Below, one piece after another: positions 22,701-35,387 of a stretch of DNA of 64,000 nt. The notes under the pieces were generated by a model. It worked only from the letters and a program-made list of their open reading frames with translations, was not told where the DNA came from and made no database searches. Each line of letters starts with the position of its first letter. Positions within the stretch are counted from its first letter, which is position 1. The stretch covers positions 2,418,001 through 2,482,000 of the forward strand of contig OZ116707.1 in NCBI GenBank assembly GCA_964199315.1. The letters run 5' to 3'. Source of the DNA: Orbicella franksi (Eukaryota). A program made the position numbers and the translations under genes.

Positions 22701-23600
22701 AATTATGTGACATTTGAAAGATGGCCACATTATTTGAGGGAATACTGTATCTGAAGTAACTTGCATATGCTTTCTCCATCTTTCATTGCATTTACTTCTT
22801 CTAGGAGCCCATCCTTGTCAAAATCAAGACTACCTGGCTTTGGGGAGTGCCTTTTCTTCTTATGCTGGCCTTGTTCTTCCAGAAGTGCTCTTTTGTTTGC
22901 TCTGTTTCCAGCATCTTCTCTGGTTTCAAAGGAAAGTAACAACTGCTGTTGCTGCCGTTGGCTGTACGTCTGCCTAGTGGCAAGCATGGTGTCACAGTCC
23001 ATCGTTGCCCATTGCTCCTGGATATGTTTCTTGTCAGCTCTGGATTTATTTCTCTTTTCTCGTTTCAAGTCAGCATGGGACTTTTTCACTTGGACATTTA
23101 GCTCAGGAACACTGGTTTGTGCAATAGCAAAAGTTACCCCAAATGTCTTTTTGAATGAAGTATTAATTTTTTCATACACTTCCTTCGTGGCAGCTTTAAG
23201 AGCCTTTTTTGTGACCTTTACGTTTCCAGCAGATGATTCTTTAAGGACTCAACTGTGGACTTTTTTGTAAATATCTTGATTTGTAACAGAGTTTGATTTA
23301 TTACCCCACAGGGGAAGTAAAGATTGGAAGGAGAAATGATGAACATCACAGGCCTTGCATTGTGAACAGCATGCCTTTTTTCATGTTCTGTGAGCTTTTG
23401 CCAGTTGTTTGGACTGAAGTGCTCTGTATATTTTCCTCGCTTGGCTGTCTTCCATTTTTTAAAATGAAGTACAAGACTCTTGGACCGCTTATTAAACAAA
23501 TATTTGTCTGCTTCAAAGCGATTTTGTGTTCTTGAAAAATCTCCGAGTACCATTTCCATCTCTTTTTCTGATCATACTCAACCTTGCTGTTGGCATTCAG
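19750..23600 (-). pseudogene. Second RAG1/CMC-like transposase with an inserted SAP domain; multi-exon and 3'-truncated
   Basis: VWRDNSTL (D1), MRLFHGDGPQQEFEAG...GCASC (D2 plus CxxC), FKDLRVEELRRECAAHGLPCDGQKKDLQQIL (SAP), YEVL..EPLHD.KEHI and RGCDYRLA. Homology stops near 19750. Confidence 0.7.
22345..22692. mobile_element. MITE with ~22-bp TIRs in an intron
   Basis: Left aATCATGTGTACTAAAGGCATC and right GATGCCTTAAGTACACATGATc. The interior is rich in tcga/tcaa palindromes. Confidence 0.8.
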
Positions 23601-24319
23601 ATAACTTAATTTAGCTGCAATTCAAGCAAAACCACATCCGAAGTAGTAGGCAATTTTTTGGCGCCGAATCGTGGACTTGTTTTTGTGTCAAGTGCTGTTT
23701 GAGTTAATGCGTGCTCACGTAAACACTGAACTGATTAATATTCCTGGAGCTTACTCTCAACTGGAAATATTAACCTCTTGCAAACCCTCAGAAAATTACA
23801 ATCTCTCTACAAAGCGCATACAATTATGCAGCAGACGAGCCGTTGTTTGAAGTATTAGCATAAGAACTGGTTTTAATTTATTTTTATTTTAGCGCCAAAA
23901 CAAGGTGCCTATCACAAACCGGCATAAATTATGACTAAAACTTGCAATATGGTTCGGAAGGCGATTTTGTCTAAAAGCAAACACAATGAAAACAAAATTA
24001 TTTTCATCGATAAGGCATTTATTCCTCACCTTTTAACATTTAAGAGAATGAAAATGTCTCTTTTTGACTAGATTCTGTTCTTAGCAGAGGTAATTCTTTC
24101 CAGTGTATCTTTTTTTGTCAAAATAACGATCAAAAATCCTTTGAAACTTTCGTGAAAAGTGTATCGATCACCAAAAAGTTTGATTCTTTGTCCGCCATTT
24201 TTTTCATTGGAGCCAAGCCTTTCATTAATTCATTTATTCTATTGGTCAGTTCATCTCGTTGGCAACAGAATAGTTGGTTTCCAAACCTTACTGCTCAAAC
24301 AACTGCCCGGTCGGTCTAA

Positions 24320-26890
24320 AAAATTCAAAATGGTGGACAACTGTTTCGTGGGAAGATACTTGGAACTTGCTACATGGGAACACTTTAGATCTACCACAGC
24401 CAGTTTCAAATGCCAAGAACTTGCCAAAGAAGTTATCTTCTTCATTTCTATGGTTGGAAATATGGCAAAGTTGCAATAATTGAAATTCAATTGAGGGACT
24501 TTTGACCGCTTTCAATAATGTTGTATTTTACCTAGAAACTGTTCGAATAGAACAGACCATTTTCATGGATTGCCAAGCGCAGGTTAACAGTTCAACTATG
24601 CTACTTTTCAAATGTGCAATTAGTTTTTTAAGGAATGGAAAAAAAGTGTTCCCATTTCCCAAGTAAAATCACCTATTTTTTCCTTGTTATTCACAGCCCT
24701 TAATCCATAGTGACATGACAAGGTCACATGATATTTGAACACCAGACATGTAACAGTTATTAGACTGATCTGTCCAAATTTCATTCGATTCCATTGCAAT
24801 CTCTTTAAACAGTGCAAATTTATGGTAAAAATGCATTTTTTAATAAGGCCCATGCCTTAATTTACTTGAGCTTTAGTAGGATTTGAATTGTACACTTAAC
24901 TTGAGAGCGAGGAGCCTCAGTCAACAAAGAAGATGCATGTGAAAAATGCCCTCCAGAAAAACAACATGAGCAGAGTGAATTTCAACAAATTCAGAAGCTC
25001 AAGGAAGAGAATGAGAGCCTCAAAATAATTACATTAGACCTTTTTAATACCACATACAGATATCATGAAGCAGAATGCTAACTTAAATGTAGCCAGATTA
25101 CAACACGAAAGCAGAGTTCAGGAGCTTCAACAAGTCAACGCAAAGCTACTGGAGAAAACACAAGATAACTAACACCTCGTTTCAACTGGCAAGTTGTGCA
25201 TCACCAGAGTCCAGATTCTTGACTCCATCCATTCCGATCGTGTGACAGAACATGTGAAACTAATCTCTTAGTTAAATAGAAAACACACAAACAAGTCACT
25301 TTTTGCAGAATCCAATAAAAGCTGCAGTTTAAACATGGGATGTAAACCTTACCTTCCTGTTTTGAGTGAAGCATCACTCTGGGCTCATAACAGATTTTAA
25401 CTATATTTGAGCATGCAATAAACAATAAACAAATGTGCCAATAAACAAAAACAGGGCTGAAGTGCTAACCCATTTTTAATGAAGGTATCAAGATAACATT
25501 GTACTCGATTGATACAGTTTAATATACATTAAAATGCTCTGAACATTTGTAAGAGAACCAGCATTCAGCAAACATGTTCACCAGTTTCATAGAGCCCTGA
25601 CTAAGCACTATTCACAGGGTGGTAAACAACTCTATGATCCAGCTGAAATGGAAGCTTTCTATGATCAGCATGCTCCTGGACTATTTGGACAACTCTACAA
25701 AAGCATTGTAAATGACGAAAAGGAGACACCTTCTGAAAAGCACCTGGAAATGCAAAAAAAAAAAAAAGAGTTGCATCAATATTACACAATCTCAATTTCT
25801 TTTGCAATCAGGTACAAGTCATGTATATAAAATTATGTGCTTTTTGTTCCTATGGAAAACTCCAATGCTGTTGTCACCTTTTCCTGTTTTAATTCATCCT
25901 TGCACTGATAAAAGTTCAATCCCTCGCCTTAATGAAGAGTAAAATTGAAAGCATCAGTTGCAAAATGTCTACACTAGTTCAGACAAAATGTTTACTTAGT
26001 ATTTTATCACAGATGTTTCAGTGGAGGAAGACTGTTATGCTAAACGAACTTGCAAAACATTTTTTTTTTTCGTGTGTGGTAGAAAAACTGTCTGATCCAG
26101 AAGGCAAATGGTTTAAATCTGAAAATGAAAGGAGCCAGTTACAGCTCCTTGATGTCTGGAATGGTTCTTGGGTTCAGCTGCTTCCCACAGACAATACTTA
26201 ACTATGAAAAGACCTTGGCAGAAGCTAACAAGACAGAAGTAGAAAAGCAAATAAAGGAAGCTATAAAAGTGAGGTTATTAACTTGAATTAAATTGAATGA
26301 CGTTAATCTAAGCAGCAATTTTTTTGTATTTCCACTTTGTACCCAATTTAGAAAACAGAACAATGTGTGATGGATCATAGCATAATTTTATTGTTCAATC
26401 AATGATTGTAGACAGTAGATGAGTCCACTTTGCATTATAACAAGGTAATACCAATACAAGTTATGATAGAAGTTTCACTGTTACTGTATACTCTGAGAGA
26501 AGAAACGTACAATGTTTCACCTACAATTTCCAGAATAGAAAGTTCATGCTCTTCATAGAGGACGACATTCATTTCACACATGCCAAGCACCATCCCACAA
26601 GTTCTGTAATGAGTACCACTTGGCATATGTGCACTGCAGTTGTGGATGTACATGACAAAATGGCAGCAGTTGATTTGGGAGATGATATCACTAAGAATCA
26701 CAGCAATGTTCAAGTGACCATGGAGGATGGCTCAATCTGGCCTTGTCGAGGGGGTATTGACATTCAGCACCTCCTTGGTTTTGTATCTGTTCAAAGTGGA
26801 AAGTATTACCACCAAAGCTTCCTTCAACATCTCCCTCAGCAATTCAAAGAGTTCAACTGGTCAAATGTTGAGTAAAGTTTTAAGGAACTA
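24320..26890 (+). pseudogene. Degenerate multi-exon transposase-like gene, possibly Academ-type N-terminal half
   Basis: Exon-like blocks include a coiled coil, FYDQHAPGLFGQLY and LFIEDDIHFTHAKHHPT...TWHMCTAVVD. The family assignment is from memory only. Confidence 0.35.
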
Positions 26891-27655
26891 AGGTAATCTA
26901 TAAAATGCAGTGTACTTTAAGAATTCAGCAAGACATAAAGTCATCAAATGGTTTGCGTTGCTGCAATGTAACACATTTTTAAATTTGTGTGTCCCAGGAC
27001 CTTGAATCTGAACTTTCTTTGAATCAGTAATAAATGCTTTAATTTAATGAACTCTGGATTGATAACTATTTTTGAATTTTTCTACACCACTTTGACGAGT
27101 CTTTATAAAATTTCTATAGATAATTCAAGTTCAAAAACTGTAAAGGATTCAAAGCCCGTACAAACTCTTGTTGAATTTTAATATATAACGTATATGCTGG
27201 GATGCTGAAAGAGATGAGTTAGCCACCCTTGATATAACACTGCTTATAGATGTCTTTCAGCAGCCACTACATAGCAAGCATCACTACAGGCAGGCAGTAA
27301 ACCACATCTTGGCATTTTGCCCACAGTTATATGACTATCTCAACAAGTTCCAACTTACTCTGACTGGAGATTTCCCAACTTGGAAATACAATAAAAAAAC
27401 AATTGAATCAGTGCTAGACTGACAGGTGGATGCATCAACAATCACATTTCCCGAGCAATTGCAGTTGCACACCTACACTTCCAGCCCAGATGTGTATGGC
27501 AGTGGATCCTCCTCCTCATGATCTAACTTGGGTGAAACTTTTACAGATAATGTTTTGTTGTTTGCCTGTACATCAAAGAGGCAAGCTAAATATCACTTAT
27601 CAAAATTAACTTGATTTGAGCTAACATCTACTTGAATCAACAAAGATAACAACAT

Positions 27656-28754
27656 GGCCATCATATACCAAGAAAACTATGGTAATGTTGCGTGTGCAAT
27701 TGGATGTTCTTCTCTTTGCCATGCCTGATGGCAGACTCTGTATCATTCAGAGGAAAGGCCAAATGCCTTCACCATGCGACAGACCCTCTATTTTATACTG
27801 GTATTTTAGTATGATTTTTCTCCTTGTTGCCTTGTAATTGCCACTATTAAAGTATTCAGTCATAATGACAGGGTTGTTGGATTAGCAAGGTTGAAAGATA
27901 AGAAAATGACTAGACTTCCGTTGGGCATATGGTAGGGTTCCACTGTAGGTAAAGTCTGCATGCGAGCCAAGTGGCCCATCAGGCTGGAGCTTATCCCGGT
28001 TTCTGTAGCATGAAGTGACTAGGAGTATTTCTACTCCCCCCTGGATGGGATGCTAGTCCATCGCAGGGTTACCCCCAGCATTAAGTTCGCCGGTACCCAT
28101 TTATACACCTGGGTGGAGAGAGGCACTGTGAGAGTAAAGTGTCTTGCCCAAGAACACAACGCAATGTCCCCGGCCAGGGCTCAAACCTGGACCGCTCAAT
28201 TCAGAGACGAGCACACTAACCATGAGGCCACTGCGCCTCCCAAGGGTTCCACTGTATTTGTAACTAAATTCCAATAACTTTTATGGTACAAAAAGAGTAA
28301 AACAACTTTGCTTACACTCCCTTAGTTTTCTTTCCCAGATATGCTGGGGCCATTTTGTACTCTGTTGTCTCAGCTTTGGTTCTGAATCTGCTGGCTGTCG
28401 AAATATAAAAAAGACCAAATATTACAAAGGTAGTAGGTAATACAGTAGATGTAAAGTTTCACAATTAATCATAATGTTCATAATTAATCAATGACCTGTG
28501 ATTAAACTTACGATGCTCTCAGTGTTTCCTTCCCCACATAAATCTGGGTCAAAGTTACAGGGACTTGGTTCCTGCTCACTCTCCTCAAGACTTTCCATTA
28601 GAACCTTGATGTAGTGTGTCGCAAGCCTCAATGTTCTGTTTTTTTGACAAATTCATGAAGTGCAGCAAATGCATTGAGCATAGATATCATGCAGCGTTTG
28701 CTTACTGCACTAAAACATGTACGTATATTAGGAGTGGGTTTCTCAGAGGCCATT
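27656..28754 (-). pseudogene. bHLH fragment copy B, inverted relative to copy A and carrying a SINE insertion
   Basis: Aligns by eye, roughly 80-85% identical, with 687-1368. It reads MASEKPTP...SMLNAFAAL / NLSKK..TLRLATHYIKVLMESL with the same loop deletion and donor site. Confidence 0.75.
27948..28242 (-). mobile_element. Full-length tRNA-head SINE (295 bp) with a 14-bp TSD
   Basis: TSD agggttccactgta at 27934-27947 and 28243-28256. The minus strand starts with A box TGGCCTCATGG and B box GGTTTGAGCCC, followed by a ccacccaggtgtataaatgggtacc core. The matching empty site is at 1093-1106. Confidence 0.95.
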
Positions 28755-29109
28755 GTAGAATCTGTAGAGTGAACTCATGACAATTCAACACATGTCTTTA
28801 ATCAACATGGCGACCGGAAAGGACAAGGTCCCAGCATGCATTGCAAGCAAAGAAGATGCATAAAAAGTACATATATGGGTGTAACCATACACCTCCCTTC
28901 CTACTACAATCAAGTGAACTAATGAAGATAAAGGAAATTGCATGTCTACAAACATTGTTCCATCCTTAAACCTGGATTTGATGCCAAACACACCATTACT
29001 TAAAGTCTGACTGCCAGATATTCACAAGACTTGATAGTGCATAACACAATCTCTGAAGGGCATAAATGTAATAACTGTCTCCTAAACTGCACTGGTAGAG
29101 TCAGACATA

Positions 29110-29425
29110 TTAGTCTAGAGGTTTAATCAATCAGGCGGCTTAACAATTCTCCCTGAATGTGTTTGTAATGAAGCCGTTTGACTGGGGACAGGCTGCATTG
29201 GAGCTTTGGTGGTAGCACACAGGAGCTTAAATGGACCAGTCATTTCGTCTGTGTCCTGAACAGTATGATCACATGCAGAACTGGTGAAAGTGGTTTGCTT
29301 GTCTACCTTTGAAGGGGACTGCAACTCAGCTTTGACAAGAGTGGATCTGTTACCTTGTAGTGTGCCCTTCTCTGTTTCAATGATAAAGGAGCAAGGATGC
29401 TGAGTGCACCCCAGGCCGCACAATC
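29110..29425 (-). mobile_element. Gypsy integrase C-terminal fragment
   Basis: PCSFIIETEKGTLQGNRSTL...THSGRIVKPP, cf. the PRSYxV..LRRNRRHL...TRSGRxVKPP pattern. Confidence 0.65.
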
Positions 29426-29426
29426 C

Positions 29427-30460
29427 CTACGGACATGAAACATATTTTGCAACCTTTTGTATTTTGGCTCTAACGAGCAGATCTTTTAAGGATTTCCCTT
29501 TCTTATATGGAAGGATAGGTGGTTGTTTGAATATCTGGCAAAGTACCAGTTGATTTTGTACGAGATGCCATTTTTTGAGTAAAGCTTCTTTTAAATTGGA
29601 TATTGATGGTTGATATTGTGTTTCAACAGGCAAGATTTCTTTCCTTTCTTTGTTCTGTTTAAGCACTGTAGTTCTTCCTGTGAATTTTATTCCTGATAGG
29701 ATTTTGTCTATTAGATTGTGAGGGTAGCCTCGTTCTAGCAAGTGTTTCTTGAAGTTTGAAATGTTCTCTTCAAAGGTAGTTTTTAAGGAGTTTGTTCTGA
29801 GGATTCTTAAGCAGTCGCCCTTCATGAATCCATTTTTAACACTTGGTGGGTGGCAAGACGTGAAATGTGTGTACTGAAAGGTTTCCGTTGGCTTAAAATG
29901 TTTTTATATCAAAGATCGATTGTTCCTCGAATCTGTTCCCTTTGTATACAACTGTGTCTAGGAACACAGTCTCGGTGTCAGAGATATCAGCTGTGAATTT
30001 GATAGTTGGGTGATGTGAATTTGCTTGTTCAATGAAAGTTTCAATGTTGGTTTAACTTATGTCCCACAATGAAAAGATGTCGTCAATGTAGCGTTTCCAA
30101 ACCGTAGGTTAAAAGATGGTTTTGCTCAGGATTTACCATGAATATGTTGGCAACGGAAACAGCCATTTTCATTCCCATAGCTGTCCCATGAATTTGAAGA
30201 TATTGCTTTCCATTGAATTAGAAAGAATTTTCTTTTAGAACTAGTCTAAGCATTTCTTGGAGGTAGTGTGTCGGTACGGGAGGGCTGTCTTTGCAAAGAT
30301 TATCATATGCTTTGCATACTGTGTCAATACCCTCGTTTTGTGGTGTATTTGTGTAGAGACCTGTGACGTCCGTCGATACAGGGAATGTGCGGGTTTTAAC
30401 CTTTGTGCTTTCAATAAGGTTTATAAAGTCGTTGTGTCTTTAAGGTATGGGTAGGGTGTT
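29427..30460 (-). mobile_element. Penelope-like element reverse transcriptase fragment
   Basis: YLKDTTDFINL...DVTGLYTN...[34 protein letters not shown]...FLD, then KGDCLRILRTNS...RGYP...KGKSLKDLLVRAK. Confidence 0.9.
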
Positions 30461-30697
30461 TACCTGCTGGCTGCTGATGGGTAGGCTGTTTACTTGTTGG
30501 CTGTTGATGGGTATGTTCCCATGCTGGCAGTCAAATATCTTGCAGCCCATTATGTAAAATTCTACTCCTGTGAACTTTATTTTTGTGCCATTGACCTCTT
30601 TGGGGTCCTCCTAATAGAGTCTGTGACTTCCGTTTCTATAGTCTATAGACAACCAAAACCACCATTTCAAGGCCAACAAATGCAACATGATTTTAAT

Positions 30698-30748
30698 CAT
30701 GATAATGATAATGATGATGATGATGATGATAATGATAATGATAATAAT
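30698..30748. repeat. (GAT/AAT)n microsatellite
   Basis: gataatgataatgatgatgatgatgatgataatgataatgataataat. Confidence 0.95.
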
Positions 30749-30849
30749 GGTTTTATGATGACTTTTCTACAGAGTAGTCCTACATTCATCATATGCTAAC
30801 TAAAAGTTAAAGACTTGTGGAAAACACGAGTATGTAAAAAATTAATTAA

Positions 30850-31040
30850 TTATGTAGATTCACAACAATCTAATCTGAGTCTGGCCTTAGTTTTCAAAAA
30901 CTTGTAAGCTCTCCTGGCAAATGTTGTAGCATTAGACTCAAGCTTGATCTTATCTGGCAGACTGTTGAATAACCTGGAGGCTGAGTCTTGACATGTTCCT
31001 GCTTCAAAGGGCACAATCCTTTTCGATGCCCAGAAAGCCA
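30850..31040 (-). mobile_element. 3' end of a CR1/L2-type LINE ORF2
   Basis: GTCQDSASRLFNSLPDKIK...F, the typical xFNxLP C-terminal block. Confidence 0.55.
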
Positions 31041-32398
31041 AAAAAACAAAAAAACTTGAAAAGAGCTCTAGTGCTAAATTTGGCGTGTCCTAAGCAAGGT
31101 GCGTGACTGAAATTGTAAGTTACACGACGGTGCACTGAACCGTGACTCAAATGATCCACTTCTGTGTACTGAGGTAATTTCCAGCAAATGAACAAAGACA
31201 ATGTTTTGTGGATGATCAAAAGTTGCATTGATCTGTAGCCAGAGATTGGCTAACACCAGTGTTTTGACTGGCATGAATAATCCAATTTAGATCAATGTGG
31301 CAGCACGAAACAAAGAAGTAAAGACATGTAATTACAGAGAAAGCGAATGTGGGCAACAACATCAACAAAAAGAAAGCTTGCCAGATAAGTGAAATGGCTT
31401 TTGTGCTAACACAAAACAGGTACTCACTAATATATAAAGCTTCTCAGGAGTTGGTAACGTATTCGGAATAATTTCATGTTAGTTTTGGGAGCATCATTCT
31501 AATGTCATGATGTGAAGAATGCACTGCAAAAGCCATTTGCAAAAATTAAAACTTTTGCTGTAATTCAAGTTTACGTCAGACATGCTGAATCTCATATCTC
31601 TCTGTCGTCGAAGTGACACTTGTTCGAAATCTTAGATTACATGGAAGTCATGCATGTGGTTGTTTGCTCACTTCATTGATATGCTTGTTTGTTGATTGTT
31701 TTTTTTTGTATCCTGGAGTATTTCAGGATGGTCGTGATTTAAATGCAATTTGTGCAAGTCCCCGAATATCACATTTTGTTCGTGGTTTTGTAGTAGCTTT
31801 CTTCCTGTGCAAATTAAGATTATTTATTTAGTGTTGAGAGTTATTAAACTTAACCGCGCTGTGGTCACTGGACGTAATATTTATCTTTAGCACTTACATT
31901 TCGCTTTAAAATGTATCAGGTACGACCCATCCTTCAACAAGCTTATGATACCCCCTCCTTATTGCTAATAAGGTCAGTGAAAGAGAATTTATTTAGTTTA
32001 ACTGAAGAAGCAACGTAAGTGAAATGACGTTCTTTTCATCGCAAGGTTGAAATGGACAATTTTAAGTTCTAAAACTTGTCTATACTGTAACAACACTACA
32101 TTGGAACACTTTTCGAATTAGGTTGACAATCACTGATTAAAACACCTTTGATTTCAAAAGGAACAACCCCTACTTCTGAGCAAGACATTTGCAAATATGA
32201 TACAAGGTTTTCAAGGCCTTCAATGCTCAGCAAAGTACATTTCCCAAATGAATGGGGCATGCCATAAAAATCTTTTGAATGAGTCAAAAATCTTAAAGCT
32301 TTGTTCAGAATTTTTAAACTTCGCAAATGTATTGATGCCACCAGTTAACAAACAACAGTTGCAGTTTAGTCTAGAATTTTGAAATACAAGAGAGATGT

Positions 32399-32458
32399 TG
32401 GGGACTCAGAATTTTTCTTTGTCCCACACTCGTGTCATGTTGATTAATTCACCTTCAC
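32399..32458 (+). mobile_element. 60-bp 5'-truncated retroposon tail with a 13-bp TSD
   Basis: acaagagagatgt at 32386-32398 and 32459-32471 flanks tggggactcagaatttttctttgtcccacactcgtgtcatg... Confidence 0.8.
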
Positions 32459-34041
32459 ACAAGAGAGATGTGTACGCCATTATTTGATGTCATGAACAAA
32501 CTTTCAGTTTAATGACTCACTGTATTGTAATGTATTCACTTTGTTGTACAGTGAAACAAGATAGGGAACATCAGTTAACGGCAAATAATAATTTGCCTGT
32601 GCAGAATATCTTATAGAAACATATAGATTATTTCCAATGGTCAAAATATTATCCATTCAACGAAATAGTTGAATGGAGATCCCCATATTTTCCTCTGATT
32701 GAGTCAAAAAGCACTGGAAACTATGTTTTAAGTTCAAGTACAGTGCAAAGTAACAGTTTCTTTAAGTTTGAGACTTTATCGTGCAACCCGCAGAAATCAA
32801 TTAAAGAAAACAAATATTGGCTTCTATATACGAGAGTACAATGACTCCTTGCGATATAGCTGGCACAACTCACTTAATACAATCAAAAAAACATTAGGAG
32901 ACGACTTCTCCTTACCTTGTAAATTAATCGCACTGAGAAAACAAGTGGAAATTCGCCAAATGACAACAGCTGAGAAGAGTAATGGCCGCCACACACAAAC
33001 ACTCATTTACAGAGTCCTCTCTCTTCCTAATAGAGACCACGTGACAAACACTTGGCTCTTGTATACAAATAAAGAAAGAAAGAAATATCGCCGGTCCTGA
33101 CAAAGTGTGGGGAAATCCCACACAAAGACTGAAAGAAAATTGTATGACTGACATGACGCCAGTTTTCACTTATCCCAAATAAACCCTCAAATGAAGGTTG
33201 TCATGGCTGAAAATTTCAGACATTAGAGCCCGCATGGCAGTAGCGGCTTTTCCCAATCGATAATAAAAATGGTGTGTGAAATTACAAAACATTATGTGAG
33301 ACGCGATTGACTTACGGAAAATACAACAACAACTAATGCTGTGTTTCAGTTTGCCAAAATTGAGTATCATTCAGAGACATTTCAGCGCTATTTTAGTTAA
33401 AAAATTTACAAAAATGAATTCCATACCTTTCACTCGGAACGATATCGTTTAGCAACTTCAGATCCAGTGAAAGCCTTGCAAACTCTTGCATATCACTGAC
33501 AAAACAATCAAAGATTGCATATTGTACAGGAAATAACAAAAAATCTAATGACACTACATAATTTGCCAAAATCGATGCATAACATACAGTTTAAGACCTA
33601 TCTGGAAAATAAAAAATCCTATCTTTGGCTTATGAAATTACCTTTCACTTTGGCCGTTAAAAACCGTACACAATGAAATAAGTCCTGAGAAGAAAGGCTG
33701 ACATGTCATGCAGTTCCTGTTCCGTTCCATTGCAAAGAAGGCGAATAATTCTCGGTCTTTGTGCCTTGTTCTTGCCCGAAAACCCTGCATGTTTGGTATC
33801 AAAATTTTCAGAAAGAGCCAGGCTTTCTTGGCCTGCAGTTTTCTTGTACAGCAGTTTAAAGTTAAGCCTGCGATCGTTTTGTATAGCAGTATCAAGCATC
33901 TGCGCAAAAGCATCTCGCAGGAAATGCGCGCGAGAATTTAATTTTCATGTTTACTATTTCTCGGACCACTGCAAGTAAATTTTTTTCGCTGTTATTTAAA
34001 AGAATCGTAGAAACAGTTTCTTTAGAAACTACAAATTCTCA

Positions 34042-35091
34042 ATGTCTGACGTACTGAGTTATTATGACCGGCAGCAGTATTTCAACTGCATCGACATTGA
34101 TTCAAATCACAGTTTACAATATATAGCTAAGCAATGTGTCAACAGTGATCAGATTCTTCTAACAGTAAACGTAACTAACAAATGTTTAAAAAGCTGGTAC
34201 GAGTTTAAGGAGCAAAAAGCGTTTCCAGATGTGAAGTTCATTGACATCGCAAATGCATCGATTGGTGAAAGGTTTGGGATATTGATAAGAAGAGACTGCA
34301 AAAGAATTGAAAATCACTTTAGGAGGCCCACGTCCACAGTGAAGAGCCAGTTTGTTGGAAAGTCCAGCAAAAACGATGTAACATAAAGATAGCCATACGT
34401 AAGGGGGAAGTGCAAAACATTTCTGAAGTCAAGGAGGAGTTGAAAGAACAGAAGAAACAAAACAAAATACTGCAAGAGAAAACTGAAGATTTTCTACTCG
34501 AAAAAGATCTACATGAGCTAATGGATCAACTTTGGGAAGACTTAAGAGAGAATAGAGGAGCTGTAGGCTGATTTAAAATTGGTGAACAAGGAGAATGCCC
34601 ATTTGTCTCAGTATGTAGAAAAATTGGAGAAAATTGAGAAACTAGAAAACACAGGCAAGAAATTTACTGAAGTCCATGAAAAACAACAGCAGAGGAAACT
34701 AGGAGAGTTAAAAACTAAGGCTGAAAGAGCTCTATGGTTCGCAGAGACTTTTGGCCTTAGGTTAAGCTCTTTGGAATTTCTAGATCACAGTGGTAAGACT
34801 CACAACATCAATTACCAAGGCCAAGGAGCTAAATCATTCAAAGAGTTGTCCAAAGAAGACCAAGATAAAATTAAAGAGATTGTTTACTTAACAGACAAAT
34901 TTTGCATAGGGGAAGCAGCTTATCGTGAGCTCACATTAGCGTGTGGAGGGGAGAGTCTACCTAGGTCTTACCTGGTGAGGCAAAGCAAGAACCAGCTAAA
35001 TGAGCTGGTCCACATACGAAGAACCCCTGGTACAGCAGAATGAGCTCAACTTGACTTTGAGAGTGAACTTCAGAACACAATAAGGAAACTG
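34042..35091 (+). pseudogene. N-terminal exon of a third RAG1-like transposase, homologous to 15986-19240
   Basis: IDIDSNHSLQY...LT...KSWY matches IDIVDKSLQY...LT...KEWY. KAERALWFAETFGL...DKFCIGEAAY...LPRSYLVRQ...TPGT matches RAETALWFSQAFGL...DKFCVSDEFY...LPRSYLIKQ...TPGT. It ends at a GTAAGT donor and has stops and frameshifts. Confidence 0.85.
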
Positions 35092-35349
35092 GTAAGTAAT
35101 TCAGTTTAGTGTTCTCAACCAGTTGCAGTAATTAAACTGGTACACCTGTATTGTAAGTAATATAAGTACTGTAAGTGTTAGTATTGTAAGTGGCGTAAGT
35201 AATAAATAGTGTAACTACATTAATATTGTATTGTAAGTAGTGTAAGTAGCAATTAATAAAATAAAAATAAATAAATACATAAATAAAACCTCCTCACAGA
35301 CACTTCAAAAAGAAGAAGCCACCAGTTTCCTAACAAGCGCTCACTGTAC

Positions 35350-35387
35350 GCTACTCACTATCTAACACAGAATAGATAGTGAGTAGC
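35350..35387. repeat. Perfect 14-bp hairpin inside a short dispersed repeat
   Basis: GCTACTCACTATCT, 10-nt loop, AGATAGTGAGTAGC, followed by a ccaatcag motif. Confidence 0.85.

Noticed and set aside
22761-23270. Plus-strand 169-aa ORF and similar overlapping ORFs (20740-21177, 52043-52507, 61180-61551)
   Set aside because: These are antisense shadows of transposon coding exons on the opposite strand.
28170-28242. tRNA gene
   Set aside because: The A and B boxes belong to a SINE head bounded by a TSD, and there is no complete cloverleaf.
32768-33650. Long plus-strand frame with few stops as a decayed gene
   Set aside because: The strand is A/C-rich and T-poor, which lowers stop frequency. 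No motif was recognised, and splice signals favour the opposite strand.
33963-33973. ggaccactgca as the missing right end of IS3EU no.1
   Set aside because: Only about 10 bp match. There is no inverted subterminal array and no matching TSD.
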